NCBI GenBank assembly: GCA_963805945.1
Contig: CAWDVP010000004.1
Span: forward strand, 120,830 to 184,829
Direction: 5' to 3'
DNA from: Vulcanimicrobiota bacterium
GTDB lineage: Bacteria > Vulcanimicrobiota > Vulcanimicrobiia > Eremiobacterales > Eremiobacteraceae
Length of the DNA: 64,000 nucleotides
Positions 8,740-18,131 of this stretch are shown here, piece by piece (within the stretch, counting starts at the first letter, position 1; each line of letters opens with the position of its first letter). The position numbers and the translations under genes are program-made. The notes beneath the pieces were generated by a model. That model ran no database searches. It worked only from the letters and a program-made list of their open reading frames with translations, and had not been told where the DNA came from.

Positions 8740-10527
8740 ATGGAACACGATCGGCGCGACAATCCTTGGGAGCGCATCGCCGCGCGCCTCGACGAGGCGC
8801 TCGAGGAGGGGCGTAGCCTCGCCGAACGCCCGCAGAGCGCGCCGCGCGCCGCATCCACCGCCAATAAGCTGCTCGATCTGCTCGCCCGCGCCCGTTCCGA
8901 GGTGAACGCGCGCGAACTCGAGGCGAGCGCGGCGTCCGCACGCGCACAACGGCTTCAGAGCGAACTCGATATCCAGCGGCGGCGCGCCGACACGCTCGTG
9001 CGGATCGGCAAGGCGATCAACGCGGTGCGGCGGCTCGATTCGCTGCTCCAGCTCGTCGTCGATCTTGCCGTCGAGGCGACCGGCGCCGAGCGCGGGCTCA
9101 TCGTCGTGCCGGACCCCGCCGGCGGCCGCCAGGAGTTCAGCGCAGGCGCCAACCTCGATCCCGACATCGTCGCGCGGCCTGAGTTCGCGGTGAGCCGTTC
9201 GATCATCGAACGCGTCTTCAGCGAGGGCACGCCGCTCGTCACCACCGACGCGCAGAACGACCCGGACGTCGACGCGTCGCCGAGCATCCGCTCGCTGCAC
9301 ATCCGCTCGATCAACTGCGTGCCGATCCAGAGCAAGAGCGGCACCATCGGCGTCATCTATGTGGACTCGCGCATCCGCACGGACAGCCTGTTCCAGCACG
9401 ATCCCGAACTGCTCTCGACCATCGCCGACCAGGCGGCGGTCGCGATCGACAACGCGCGCCTGTACGACGACTGGAACCGCAGCTTCAACGAACTGTCGAC
9501 GATCAAGGCGCAGACCGACGAGATCCTCGAGTCGATCGCCTCGGGCGTCATCGTGCTCGATCCGAACGACGTGATCGCGCAGTTCAACCGCGCGGCAGAG
9601 ATCACGTTCGGCCTCTCCGCATCGACGCTCGAAGGCCGCCACGCGCGCATCCTCAACTCGTGGCTGCCGGGCTTCACGACGCTGCTCGAACAGTACAAGA
9701 AACGGCCGGAATCGCGCGCCGAGGTCGAGATGCGCGGCACGCACTTCGTGCGCGGCCCGATCGTGCTGCAGGCGGCGTTCCTGCGCATCCATCCGTTGTC
9801 CGGCGCCGGCGTCGGCACGGCCGTCGTGCTCAACGACCTCACCGCGCGGCGCCTGCTCGAAGCGGAGAACCAAGCGCAGATCGAGCACAGCGAAAAGGTC
9901 GCGCGATCGTTCGAGCGCTATCTCGCGCCGCACGTCGTCAGCGGCTTGCTGCTCGATCCGGATAAGGTGCCGCTCGGCGGCACGCGCCTCACCGCGACGA
10001 TGCTGTTCGCCGATATCCGCGGCTTCACCGAGCTCTCCGAACGGCTCATGCCTGAAGAAGTCGTCGACATGCTCAACCGCTACCTCGCGCCGACGGTCGA
10101 CGTCGTGCTCGCCAACCTCGGCTTGCTCGACAAGTACTATGGCGACGGCATCATGGCGGTCTTCGGCGCACCGCGGCCAGCGAACGATGACGCCAACCGC
10201 GCGGTGCTCGCCGCGCGCCAGATCCTCGAACAGGTGGAGCTGCTCAACGCGCAGCCGGGCGTGCATTGGCCGCTGTCGGTGAGCATCGGCCTGGCGACGG
10301 GCGACGTCGTCGCGGGCAACATCGGCTCGGAACGGCGGCTCGAGTACACCGTCGTCGGCAGCGCGGTCAATCTCGCGCAGCGCTTGCAGTCGATCGCCGA
10401 ACCGAACCAGATCCTCGCGGACGCGCGCACGTATGAGAAGGTGCGCGGGCAGATCGCGGCGACCCAGCGTCAGGCGCGCATCAAGGGCCGCGCCGGGCTG
10501 ACGACCGTCTACGTCTTGCACGGCTAG
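8740..10527 (+). CDS. Class III adenylate/guanylate cyclase with GAF and PAS domains
   Basis: MLFADIRGFT, DKYYGDGIMAVFG and EYTVVGSAVNLAQRLQ; GAF and PAS segments upstream. Confidence 0.92.
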   Translation: MEHDRRDNPWERIAARLDEALEEGRSLAERPQSAPRAASTANKLLDLLARARSEVNARELEASAASARAQRLQSELDIQRRRADTLVRIGKAINAVRRLDSLLQLVVDLAVEATGAERGLIVVPDPAGGRQEFSAGANLDPDIVARPEFAVSRSIIERVFSEGTPLVTTDAQNDPDVDASPSIRSLHIRSINCVPIQSKSGTIGVIYVDSRIRTDSLFQHDPELLSTIADQAAVAIDNARLYDDWNRSFNELSTIKAQTDEILESIASGVIVLDPNDVIAQFNRAAEITFGLSASTLEGRHARILNSWLPGFTTLLEQYKKRPESRAEVEMRGTHFVRGPIVLQAAFLRIHPLSGAGVGTAVVLNDLTARRLLEAENQAQIEHSEKVARSFERYLAPHVVSGLLLDPDKVPLGGTRLTATMLFADIRGFTELSERLMPEEVVDMLNRYLAPTVDVVLANLGLLDKYYGDGIMAVFGAPRPANDDANRAVLAARQILEQVELLNAQPGVHWPLSVSIGLATGDVVAGNIGSERRLEYTVVGSAVNLAQRLQSIAEPNQILADARTYEKVRGQIAATQRQARIKGRAGLTTVYVLHG

Positions 10528-10535
10528 GAGCGACG

Positions 10536-11027
10536 GTGATCGTCCGCCTGCTCAAAGCGATCGGCTGGTCCGCCTTGTTCGGCTTCCTGACGGGCGCCGC
10601 GACGTATGTGGTCGCCGCGATCGTCAATCAGGTGTACGGCCCCGTCTTCTACATCACCCGAGGGTTCTCCGAGCATGTCGGGTTCACGCTCATGTATGCG
10701 ATCGGCGGCTTGATCATCTTCGGCGCCGCGTTCTCGATCTCGTACCTGGTGTGGCTGCGTGCTTGGCCGGCGCGCGGCGCGATCGCCCGCCTTGCAGGCA
10801 TCGCGCTCGCGGTGCAGTGCCTCGAACTCGGTATCGTCGAGACGCTTGCCGTCCGCGAGCATAACGCGTTGAGCTGGCCCGTCGCCGACCAGCTCATGCC
10901 GTTCAATTTCGGCCTTTTCGCGCCGGTCGGTATTTGGGAAGGCCGGCCGGACGCGTTCTTCTTCTGGTTCTCTGCGGCATTCGCGGCGTTCGTCGCGGCC
11001 TGGCTATGGAGCCGGCACCGGGGCTAG
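10536..11027 (+). CDS. Hypothetical membrane protein (about 4 TM)
   Basis: Hydrophobic ORF with AGGAG RBS directly after the cyclase. Confidence 0.65.
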   Translation: MIVRLLKAIGWSALFGFLTGAATYVVAAIVNQVYGPVFYITRGFSEHVGFTLMYAIGGLIIFGAAFSISYLVWLRAWPARGAIARLAGIALAVQCLELGIVETLAVREHNALSWPVADQLMPFNFGLFAPVGIWEGRPDAFFFWFSAAFAAFVAAWLWSRHRG

Positions 11028-11042
11028 ACCGCCGAAAACCCC

Positions 11043-11291
11043 CTAAGGCTTGCAGCCCTGCGTCTGCCACGCTTTGAAACGTGCGCACATCTCGGGCGTC
11101 CAGCGCGTGCCGGTGCCCGGCGGCGGCATGCTTCCGTCGCTCACCACGTCGTAGATCGAGTCGGCGTGCGCCACGACTTCGTCAAGGCTGCTGAGGTCGA
11201 TGCCGTAGCCCTGCATATGGTCGACGTCGATGTCGGTGAACAGCGGCCGTATGTCGCGCGCGAACGATAGGTCCGGATTGCTGGTGCTCAT
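11043..11291 (-). CDS. Small protein with cytochrome-c-like outline but no CxxCH
   Basis: LSFARDIRPLF...DVDHM...GSMPP...W...FKAW..G. Confidence 0.7.
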   Translation of the reverse strand: MSTSNPDLSFARDIRPLFTDIDVDHMQGYGIDLSSLDEVVAHADSIYDVVSDGSMPPPGTGTRWTPEMCARFKAWQTQGCKP

Positions 11292-11356
11292 AGTGGCGGG
11301 CTGATTCATGCTCCCGTGCGCGCGTCCCTATCGGGCATAACAAAAAAGGCCGGCGT
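11187..11356. repeat. 170-bp direct repeat, copy 1 (copy 2 at 12000-12169)
   Basis: Ungapped alignment at offset 813 with scattered substitutions. Confidence 0.9.
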
Positions 11357-11467
11357 CGTGCTCGCATTCGCACGCATCGACACGCTCGCAGCGCTGCTGC
11401 TCGTCCCTACTTGATCTGGGTGGGCTTCGCCGCCGTCCTCAACTTCGCGATCTGGCGGCTGAACTAG
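11352..11467 (+). pseudogene. tspO: 3' remnant of a TspO/MBR family gene
   Basis: Reads VVLAFARIDTLAALLLVP(Y)LIWVGFAAVLNFAIWRLN* with one missing base; the 5' part is absent. Confidence 0.75.
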
Positions 11468-11937
11468 CTTCGGGTCAAGTCGGGCGCTTCGACTCCCAGC
11501 GCGGTGGCCAGGTCGATCTGATGGTCTTGTTCGTTGACTAGGATACCGCGGATCTGCTCTGCCATCGCGAACTCGCCCAGCTCCTCGCACTGGCGGACCC
11601 GCTCGCGGTAATTCCGGATGGTGTCGTTCTCGTTGGCCAGATCGAAACGCAGCATGTCCTTGGGCTTGTCCGATGTCCGCACCGGCTTGGGCGTCACGGT
11701 CGGCATCGCGCCGAGGTAGTCGATCTGCCGCGAGATGATGAGCGCATGATCGAGCTCCTGTTTGGCGTGGAGCTCGAGCTGCGCGGCGATGTTCATATAC
11801 TCGGCGCCTTTGAGCACCTGCGAGTACACGACGTACGCGATGATAGCCTGATATTCGCGCGATAGATCTTCGTTCAGCAGCTCTGCCAAGCGCTTTCTGG
11901 TGATGGTGGCGTTGCCTTTTGCGGCCGGTGCTTTCAT
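11464..11937 (-). CDS. Bacterioferritin/ferritin-like protein
   Basis: LNEDLSREYQAIIAY, QELDHA, ENDTIRNY and NEQDH ferroxidase-type motifs. Confidence 0.88.
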   Translation of the reverse strand: MKAPAAKGNATITRKRLAELLNEDLSREYQAIIAYVVYSQVLKGAEYMNIAAQLELHAKQELDHALIISRQIDYLGAMPTVTPKPVRTSDKPKDMLRFDLANENDTIRNYRERVRQCEELGEFAMAEQIRGILVNEQDHQIDLATALGVEAPDLTRS

Positions 11938-11987
11938 GTACAGCTCCTCGCTAGCACGTGATGCGGACCCACGGGTTCGAATACGCC

Positions 11988-12104
11988 TTATCCGCTCGCG
12001 CTGCTGAGATCGATGCCGTAGGTCTGCATATGATCGACGTCGGTCTCGGTGAACATCGGCCGTATACCGCGCGCGAACGATAGGTCCGGATTGCTGGTGC
12101 TCAT
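11988..12104 (-). pseudogene. Truncated second copy of the 11043-11291 gene (38 aa)
   Basis: MSTSNPDLSFARGIRPMFTETDVDHMQTYGIDLSSASG*. Confidence 0.8.
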
Positions 12105-12169
12105 AGTGGCGGGCTGATTCATGCTCCCGTGCGCGCGTCCCTATCAGCCATAAGAAAAAAGGCCGGCGT
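12000..12169. repeat. 170-bp direct repeat, copy 2
   Basis: Matches 11187-11356. Confidence 0.9.
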
Positions 12170-12176
12170 TGCGGCC
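12153..12176 (-). terminator. Intrinsic terminator after rpsI
   Basis: AGGCCG-CAACGC-CGGCCTTTTTT on the minus strand. Confidence 0.65.
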
Positions 12177-12196
12177 TGCCTTTCGTCTTGTCATCG

Positions 12197-12223
12197 AGGG
12201 CCGATCTAAAGATCGGCTCCTAC
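12197..12223 (-). repeat. REP family A hairpin
   Basis: GTAGGAGCCGATCTTTAGATCGGCCCT on the minus strand. Confidence 0.8.
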
Positions 12224-12226
12224 AGC

Positions 12227-12637
12227 TTAGCGCTTGCTGAACTGGAAGCGCTTGCGGGCGCGCTTGCGGCCGTACTTCTTCGATTCTTTCTCGCGCGGAT
12301 CGCGGGTGAGCAACCCGGCTTTGCGCAGCACGGGGCGCAACGACTCGTCCGCGGCGACGAGCGCGCGCGCGATGCCGTGGCGCACGGCGCCGGCTTGACC
12401 AGCCAGCCCGCCGCCGAAGGCGTTCGCGAGGACGTTGAAGCGGCCGACGCTGTTGGTGGCCTCGAACGGCTGGCGCACGATCTGCATGAGCGTCGCGCGG
12501 CCGAAGTATGCCTCGGCAGGTTTCTCGTTGATGGTGATCTCGCCGGTGCCGGCGATGAGCCGGATGCGGACGACGGCGCGCTTGCGCCGGCCGGTGCCGG
12601 AGGGTATCGCGGGAGAAGTCGTTGCGGTCTCGGTCAT
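12227..12637 (-). CDS. rpsI: 30S ribosomal protein S9
   Basis: [11 protein letters not shown] ... [28 protein letters not shown]. Confidence 0.97.
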   Translation of the reverse strand: MTETATTSPAIPSGTGRRKRAVVRIRLIAGTGEITINEKPAEAYFGRATLMQIVRQPFEATNSVGRFNVLANAFGGGLAGQAGAVRHGIARALVAADESLRPVLRKAGLLTRDPREKESKKYGRKRARKRFQFSKR

Positions 12638-13068
12638 CAATTCACTTTCAGGGGCTGCGGCTTGTGCGCATCGTGCGTATGCTCTGCGCCGGCGAACACG
12701 CGCAGCCGCTTCATGCGCAGCGCGCGAAGTTTGTTGGTCGGCAGCATGCCCTTCACCGAGTGCTCGATGAGCCGTTCCGGATGCTTCGCCTTGATCTCGC
12801 CCGCGGTCTCGGTGAGCAGGCCGCCCGGATACTGGGTGTGGCGGTGGTAGAGCTTGTCGGTCCACTTCTTGCCGGTGAGATGGACGTGCTCGGCGTTGAT
12901 CACGACGACGAAGTCGCCGCAATCCGCGTGCGGGGTGAAATCCGGCTTATGCTTGCCGATGAGCACGGCGGCGACGCGCGTCGAGAGACGGCCCAGCGTC
13001 TCGCCTTTGGCGTCGACGATGAACCACTGCCGTTTGATGGAATCTTTGGCTAGGAGCGGGGTGCGCAA
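12637..13068 (-). CDS. rplM: 50S ribosomal protein L13
   Basis: [42 protein letters not shown] start after AGGAC. Confidence 0.97.
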   Translation of the reverse strand: MRTPLLAKDSIKRQWFIVDAKGETLGRLSTRVAAVLIGKHKPDFTPHADCGDFVVVINAEHVHLTGKKWTDKLYHRHTQYPGGLLTETAGEIKAKHPERLIEHSVKGMLPTNKLRALRMKRLRVFAGAEHTHDAHKPQPLKVN

Positions 13069-13121
13069 TTTCGATGTCCTGTCAGAAAGAAACCCTACCC
13101 CGGCGGGGAGGGACAAGGGTA

Positions 13122-13151
13122 ATAATACGCGAGCGCGCCGTGCGGCGTCAA
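13122..13151 (-). promoter_or_regulatory. sigma70-type promoter of rplM-rpsI
   Basis: TTGACG-18 bp-TATTAT. Confidence 0.65.
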
Positions 13152-13210
13152 GTTTCGATACGGTTTTCCCCGTCTGTCCCTCATGGCGGGTTCAGACGCC
13201 GTCAGAATCA

Positions 13211-13951
13211 TCATCGCGGCGTCATCACGACCTGATGCGCGGCGATCTGCCACAACGCGAACAGGCCGGCCGCTAAACCGAAATACGCCGCGCCGGCAAC
13301 CCACTTGGCGGACGTGGGCATCTGCGACGCACGCGACCACAGCGCATACGCGACCCAGCCGCCGTCGAACGGCACCATCGGGACCAGGTTGATGAGGTTG
13401 ATGAAGAACATCGTCGAGGCGAGCGCATACCAGAACGGGCTGCCCGTTTGGACGCCGGCCACATAACACCCGAGCGCGCCAAGACCGCCGACGAATGGTC
13501 CGGCGAGCGAGATCACGGCCGACGTGGTGGAATCGCGCGGCAGGTTCTTGATGGAGACCGCCGCGCCGATGAACGGGATGAAGATGGGCAGGCTCACCGG
13601 CAACCCGTACAGACGGGCGGCGATGAAGTGCCCCATCTCGTGGACGAAGATCAGCAGGACGAAGCCGACCGCGAAGGGCCAGCCGAAGAGCAGCGACCAC
13701 GCCCACATGTTGAGCAGCAGCGAGCCGAAGCTCAACGCGAACTTGGCGCCGATCGCGACCCATTTGAAGTTGAGCAGCAGCAGCAGCGCGGTCTTGAACT
13801 TCAGAGCGAGCGCGAGCAGTACCGCGCCGATGCCGATGGCGCCACCGCGGCCCTTCGAGCGCGGCTTGAGCTCGAACGATGGCGTTTGCTGCAGGCTCGG
13901 CGGCAGCACGTGTGCGTATTGCGCGAGCGGATCTGGTTTCGGGTCTTCCAC
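13211..13951 (-). CDS. Site-2 protease (peptidase M50)
   Basis: HEMGH, LAGP and NLVPMVPFDGG motifs. Confidence 0.92.
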   Translation of the reverse strand: MEDPKPDPLAQYAHVLPPSLQQTPSFELKPRSKGRGGAIGIGAVLLALALKFKTALLLLLNFKWVAIGAKFALSFGSLLLNMWAWSLLFGWPFAVGFVLLIFVHEMGHFIAARLYGLPVSLPIFIPFIGAAVSIKNLPRDSTTSAVISLAGPFVGGLGALGCYVAGVQTGSPFWYALASTMFFINLINLVPMVPFDGGWVAYALWSRASQMPTSAKWVAGAAYFGLAAGLFALWQIAAHQVVMTPR

Positions 13952-13965
13952 GTGGTATCGCTTCT

Positions 13966-14715
13966 CTAGATCGGCTCGGCGTACCTCACGCCGGTGAGAT
14001 AGAGCGCGTGCGCCGGCGCCGTGATGCCAGCCGCGGCGCGGTCTTTGGCCGCGAGGATCGCGTTCATCGACGCCGGATCGCGCTTGCCCCGGCCGACTTC
14101 GACCAGCGTGCCGACGATGATGCGCACCATCTGATGCAAGAACGAGTCCGCGGTGATCTCGATCTCGACGAAATCACCGTCGCGCGCGATCTCGAGCCGC
14201 TCGATCGTGCGCTGCGTCCGCCCACCGTCGGGCGGTTGCACGCAGAACGACGCGAAGTCGTGCTCGCCCGTCAGCGAAGCGGCAGCCCCGCGCATGCGCT
14301 CGATATCGAGCCGGCTGCGCACGAAGAACGCGCGCCGCTCGTGCAGCGGGGACGGCGAGAGCCGGTTGAGGATGCGATACAGATACGTCCGCGCGAGCGC
14401 GTCGTGGCGTGCCGAGAAGCCCTGCGGCCGCTCGACCGCCTTCAATACGGAGATGCGCTGCGCGTGCAGCATGCCGCTCAACGCGATCGGCATGCGCCGC
14501 AGCTCGAGGTCGGCGTCCGTCGAGAAGCTGCAGACCTGGCCTAAGGCATGGACGCCGGCATCGGTGCGGCCCGCGCCGACGACGGTCACCGGATGGCCGC
14601 ACAGCGTCGTCAGCGCGCGATCGAGCTCGCCGGCCACCGTCGGCAAATCTGATTGGCGCTGGAATCCGTGGAGGGCCGTGCCGTCGTACTCGACGACGAT
14701 CGCGAACGTACGCAT
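13966..14715 (-). CDS. truA: tRNA pseudouridine(38-40) synthase
   Basis: EYDGT, GAGRTDAGVHALGQ, SFLHQMVRIIVG. Confidence 0.96.
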   Translation of the reverse strand: MRTFAIVVEYDGTALHGFQRQSDLPTVAGELDRALTTLCGHPVTVVGAGRTDAGVHALGQVCSFSTDADLELRRMPIALSGMLHAQRISVLKAVERPQGFSARHDALARTYLYRILNRLSPSPLHERRAFFVRSRLDIERMRGAAASLTGEHDFASFCVQPPDGGRTQRTIERLEIARDGDFVEIEITADSFLHQMVRIIVGTLVEVGRGKRDPASMNAILAAKDRAAAGITAPAHALYLTGVRYAEPI

Positions 14716-14721
14716 CGCCGT

Positions 14722-15192
14722 TCAGCCCGCCTTGGTGAGGCGCAGCACTTCCGTGAGCACGTCGTTCGCGGCCCAGAAGAGATCGGACAGCTCGCTCTTC
14801 TTCTGCGTGAGCGCGGTCGCGGCGAGCGGCGCCGACGCGTAGACGCCGTCGGATTTCAATATGAAGAAACCGACGTTGCCCGGCGCCGGCGGCGCATACT
14901 GCGTGGTCTTGGTGAAGCGATCGAGATGCTGTCCGGCGAGCTTGAGCAGCTTCGCGCCGGCGTTGCGGACCGCCGCGTGCGCGCCGGCGCCGATCGTGCC
15001 GCCGCCGGTGCCGAGGTAGAGGCTCGTCGTGCCGTCCGCGAGGGTGACGATCGTCGCCAAGCCCGCCGGCAGCGCGAAGTCGACCACGGCGCCCCACACG
15101 CCGTTGGGCAGCGGCGTGATGCCGACGCGCTCGAACGTGGTGGTGAGCGCCATCGTGCGCATCGTCTCCATGACGTTGGGAGAATCCGGCAT
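14722..15192 (-). CDS. Hypothetical protein
   Basis: Coherent ORF MPDSPNVM... between lysS and truA; ADGTTSLYLGTGGGTIGAG. Confidence 0.7.
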   Translation of the reverse strand: MPDSPNVMETMRTMALTTTFERVGITPLPNGVWGAVVDFALPAGLATIVTLADGTTSLYLGTGGGTIGAGAHAAVRNAGAKLLKLAGQHLDRFTKTTQYAPPAPGNVGFFILKSDGVYASAPLAATALTQKKSELSDLFWAANDVLTEVLRLTKAG

Positions 15193-15197
15193 GAGGG

Positions 15198-16694
15198 CTA
15201 CTCCGGTTTTTGCAGCGGGAACAGCAGCACGTCGCGGATCGATTCTTCGCCGGTGAGCAGCATGATGAGGCGATCGACGCCGATGCCCAGGCCGCCGGTG
15301 GGCGGCATGCCGTACTCGAGCGCTTGGACGTAATCCCAATCGGGCTCGGGCGCTTCGGCGTCGCCCTTGGCGCGCTCGGCCGCCTGCGCCTCGAAGCGTT
15401 TGCGCTGGTCGTCCGGGTCGTTGAGCTCCGAGAACGCGTTGACCATCTCCATGTGCGCGATGAACAGCTCGAAGCGCTCGACGAGCTGTGGGTCGTTCGC
15501 TTTGCGCTTCGCCAGCGGCGAGAGCACCACGGGAAAATCGGTGATGAAGGTGGGGCTGATCAGCTGCGGCTCGACGACCTGCTCGAAGATCTTGTCGATG
15601 ACGTGGCCGTGGCTGTCGCCTTTCTTGACGTCGAGTTTGAGCTTCGCCGCGACGTCGCGCGCGCGGCGCTCGTCGAGCGCGTCCTCGCGCGAAAGATTTC
15701 CCCATTTCGCCAGCGCGTCGAGATAGGCGATGCGCCCGAACGGCCGCTCCAGCGCGATCGGCTCGCCCGCGAAGATGTGTTCACCGCGCACGCCTGCGAC
15801 CGCGGCGAGGTGCAAGATGAGATCCTCGGACAGCTCCATCATGCTCTCGTAATCGCCGTACGCCTCGTACAGCTCGAGCATGGTGAACTCCGGGTTGTGG
15901 CGCCGGTCGATGCCCTCGTTGCGGAAGATGCGGCCCAGCTCGTACACCTTCTCGATGCCGCCGACGATGCAGCGCTTGAGGTTCAGTTCGGTCGCGATGC
16001 GCAATTGCAGCGGGATGTCGAGCGCGTTCGAGCGCGTCATGAACGGCCGCGCGTTGGCGCCGCCGGCGATCGAGACGAGCGTCGGCGTCTCCACCTCGAC
16101 GTAACCGCGGTCGTCGAGATAGCGGCGCGTCTCGGCGATCAGCCGGCTGCGCAGCAGCATCGTCTCGAGCACCGGCCGGTTTACGATGAGGTCGACGTAG
16201 CGGCGGCGATAGCGCGCCTCGTGATCGGTGAGTCCGTGCCACTTCTCGGGCAGCGGGCGTAGCGACTTGGCGAGCACGCTCAGTCGCTTGACGGCGATCG
16301 TCAGCTCGCCGGTCTTGGTGACGAACGGCTCGCCGTCGACGCCGACGAGGTCGCCGCGATCGAGCATGTCGGCGAAGCGGAACTCATCGCCGAGCGTATC
16401 GGCGCGCAGGTATATCTGGATGCGGCCGGACTGGTCCGAGAGATCCGAGAACATCGCCTTCTTGCCCATGTCGCGCACCGTGCCGAGCCGCCCGGCGACG
16501 CTGACAGACACGTCGGCATGCTCGCCGGCTTTGAGCTCGCCATAGGTATCGTGGAGCGCGCGCGCGCTGTGCGTACGCTCGAACTTGGTGATCGCGAACG
16601 GGTCGCGGCCGGATGAACGCAGCGCGTCGAGCTTGGCCCGACGCGCCTTGATGAGCTCTGACTCGGTCGTGCCGAGCTCGTGGTCTTCGCTCAC
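15198..16694 (-). CDS. lysS: Lysine--tRNA ligase (class II)
   Basis: RYRRRYVDL, FRNEGIDRRHNPEFTMLE, YGMPPTGGLGIGVDRL. Confidence 0.98.
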   Translation of the reverse strand: MSEDHELGTTESELIKARRAKLDALRSSGRDPFAITKFERTHSARALHDTYGELKAGEHADVSVSVAGRLGTVRDMGKKAMFSDLSDQSGRIQIYLRADTLGDEFRFADMLDRGDLVGVDGEPFVTKTGELTIAVKRLSVLAKSLRPLPEKWHGLTDHEARYRRRYVDLIVNRPVLETMLLRSRLIAETRRYLDDRGYVEVETPTLVSIAGGANARPFMTRSNALDIPLQLRIATELNLKRCIVGGIEKVYELGRIFRNEGIDRRHNPEFTMLELYEAYGDYESMMELSEDLILHLAAVAGVRGEHIFAGEPIALERPFGRIAYLDALAKWGNLSREDALDERRARDVAAKLKLDVKKGDSHGHVIDKIFEQVVEPQLISPTFITDFPVVLSPLAKRKANDPQLVERFELFIAHMEMVNAFSELNDPDDQRKRFEAQAAERAKGDAEAPEPDWDYVQALEYGMPPTGGLGIGVDRLIMLLTGEESIRDVLLFPLQKPE

Positions 16695-17197
16695 CGAGCC
16701 TTCGCTCTACCGCTCTTGCGATTCGCTCTGATGGAGATGACGCGCAGCTGCACGTCGCCGCTGGGCGTCGTCGCGGTGACCGTCTGGCCGGGCTTCGCGC
16801 CCATGAGCGCGGTGCCGATCGGCGAATCGTTCGAGATCTTGGCGTCGAGCGGATCGCTCTCGGCGCTGCCGACGATCGTGTACTCGGCCTCGCTGTTCGC
16901 GGTGATGTTGCGCACCTTGACGGTGCTCGCGAGATGGACTTCATCCGCGCCGCCCTCACCCTCGACGATGATCTTCGCGTTGCGGATCATCGCTTCGAGC
17001 TTCATGATGCGGCCTTCGATGAACGCCTGCTCCTGCTTGGCGTCCTCGTACTCCGCGTTTTCCGAGATATCGCCGAATTCTTTGGCCTGGCGGATGCGGT
17101 CGTTCACCTCTTTGCGGTGGACGGTCTTGAGCTCCTCGAGCTCGGCTTCGAGCTTTTTCAGCCCATCAGCGGTGAGGACGGTCTCTTTTTCTTGCAC
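16691..17197 (-). CDS. greA: Transcription elongation factor GreA
   Basis: GDISENAEYEDAK, ISNDSPIGTAL. Confidence 0.96.
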   Translation of the reverse strand: MQEKETVLTADGLKKLEAELEELKTVHRKEVNDRIRQAKEFGDISENAEYEDAKQEQAFIEGRIMKLEAMIRNAKIIVEGEGGADEVHLASTVKVRNITANSEAEYTIVGSAESDPLDAKISNDSPIGTALMGAKPGQTVTATTPSGDVQLRVISIRANRKSGRAKAR

Positions 17198-17207
17198 TTG
17201 GTCCCTT

Positions 17208-18131
17208 TCAGGTTGTCGTTGCGGGGAGGCGGAAATCTTCGATCCGCGGTGCGAACTTCAGCTCTTTCATGACGCGCATGTAATCGTCGTGGGTCACGTC
17301 CGCCCAGCGCTTGCCGAGCAGCGCGAGCAGCGCCGCCTCAAGCACATTGGTGCCGAACGAGCGGCCGCCCAGGTTCGGCGTGCTCGTCACCAGACGCGCC
17401 ACGCCGCGCGAGCGAAGCTCTTCGACGTTCGTCTGCGTCACCGTGTTGGTGAGGATGGTCTTGCCGCGCAGATCGTCTGGCATGTGCTGGCGGATGAAGT
17501 GGAAATCGCCGGCGACCGTCTCGGCGGCCGCGTAGTACTGCGAGTACTTCGGCGACGGCGGCTTCTCTTGTTTCTTGCCGGTCGGATAGAAGAACTGGAA
17601 CGGCAGCTTGCAGGCGTCGGGCAGATACTTCTCGGCGAGCGCCTCGAACTCGGCGAGCGAGGTGACCGGCTTGTCGACGTCGAGCGCGAAGATGAAATCG
17701 CCGAAGGTGAGGCGTGCGCCCGCTTCGGAGAGCGCCTGCGCCATGCCGAAGCGATCGAGCGCGCTCACCATGAGCACTGGCATGTCGCGGAAATCCATGA
17801 TGCCGTTGGATTGCAGATAGCGCACGGTCTCGCGCTCGAGGCTGTTCTTGAGCCCGCTGCCGTCCACCACCGGCGTCACCTTCACCGCTTCGAGCATGCG
17901 CAAGCCGTCGCGCAGCGCGTAGCGTTTGGTGCCGGCATACAGGTAGACATCGATGCCGCCCAAACCGATCGCGTCGACGGTGCCGTCCAACTCGTGCAGC
18001 TTCGCGATGGCGCGGTCGAGCGATCCATCGAAGCCGATGCGGCTGATGTCGAAACGCTCGCCCAACCACTCCACCTCGACGCGGTGGTCGCGGGTCGACG
18101 AGCCGAGACTGACCGAGACGACCTTCTTCAT
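17208..18131 (-). CDS. Uncharacterised protein (family often auto-labelled 'quinate 5-dehydrogenase')
   Basis: MKKVVSVSLGSSTRD, DAIGLGGID, VDGSGLKNSLE, GRSFGTNVLEA; overlaps the upstream reductase stop. Confidence 0.75.
   Translation of the reverse strand: MKKVVSVSLGSSTRDHRVEVEWLGERFDISRIGFDGSLDRAIAKLHELDGTVDAIGLGGIDVYLYAGTKRYALRDGLRMLEAVKVTPVVDGSGLKNSLERETVRYLQSNGIMDFRDMPVLMVSALDRFGMAQALSEAGARLTFGDFIFALDVDKPVTSLAEFEALAEKYLPDACKLPFQFFYPTGKKQEKPPSPKYSQYYAAAETVAGDFHFIRQHMPDDLRGKTILTNTVTQTNVEELRSRGVARLVTSTPNLGGRSFGTNVLEAALLALLGKRWADVTHDDYMRVMKELKFAPRIEDFRLPATTT

Noticed and set aside
8692..10521. Long antisense ORFs (also 5718-7112, 16680-18416, 49581-51302, 56700-58301)
   Set aside because: Shadow ORFs of real genes in high-GC DNA, with no recognisable motifs
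11962..11990. GGGTTCGAAT resembling a tRNA T-loop or att site near the direct repeat
   Set aside because: No pairing T-stem, acceptor stem or CCA; no integrase in the window
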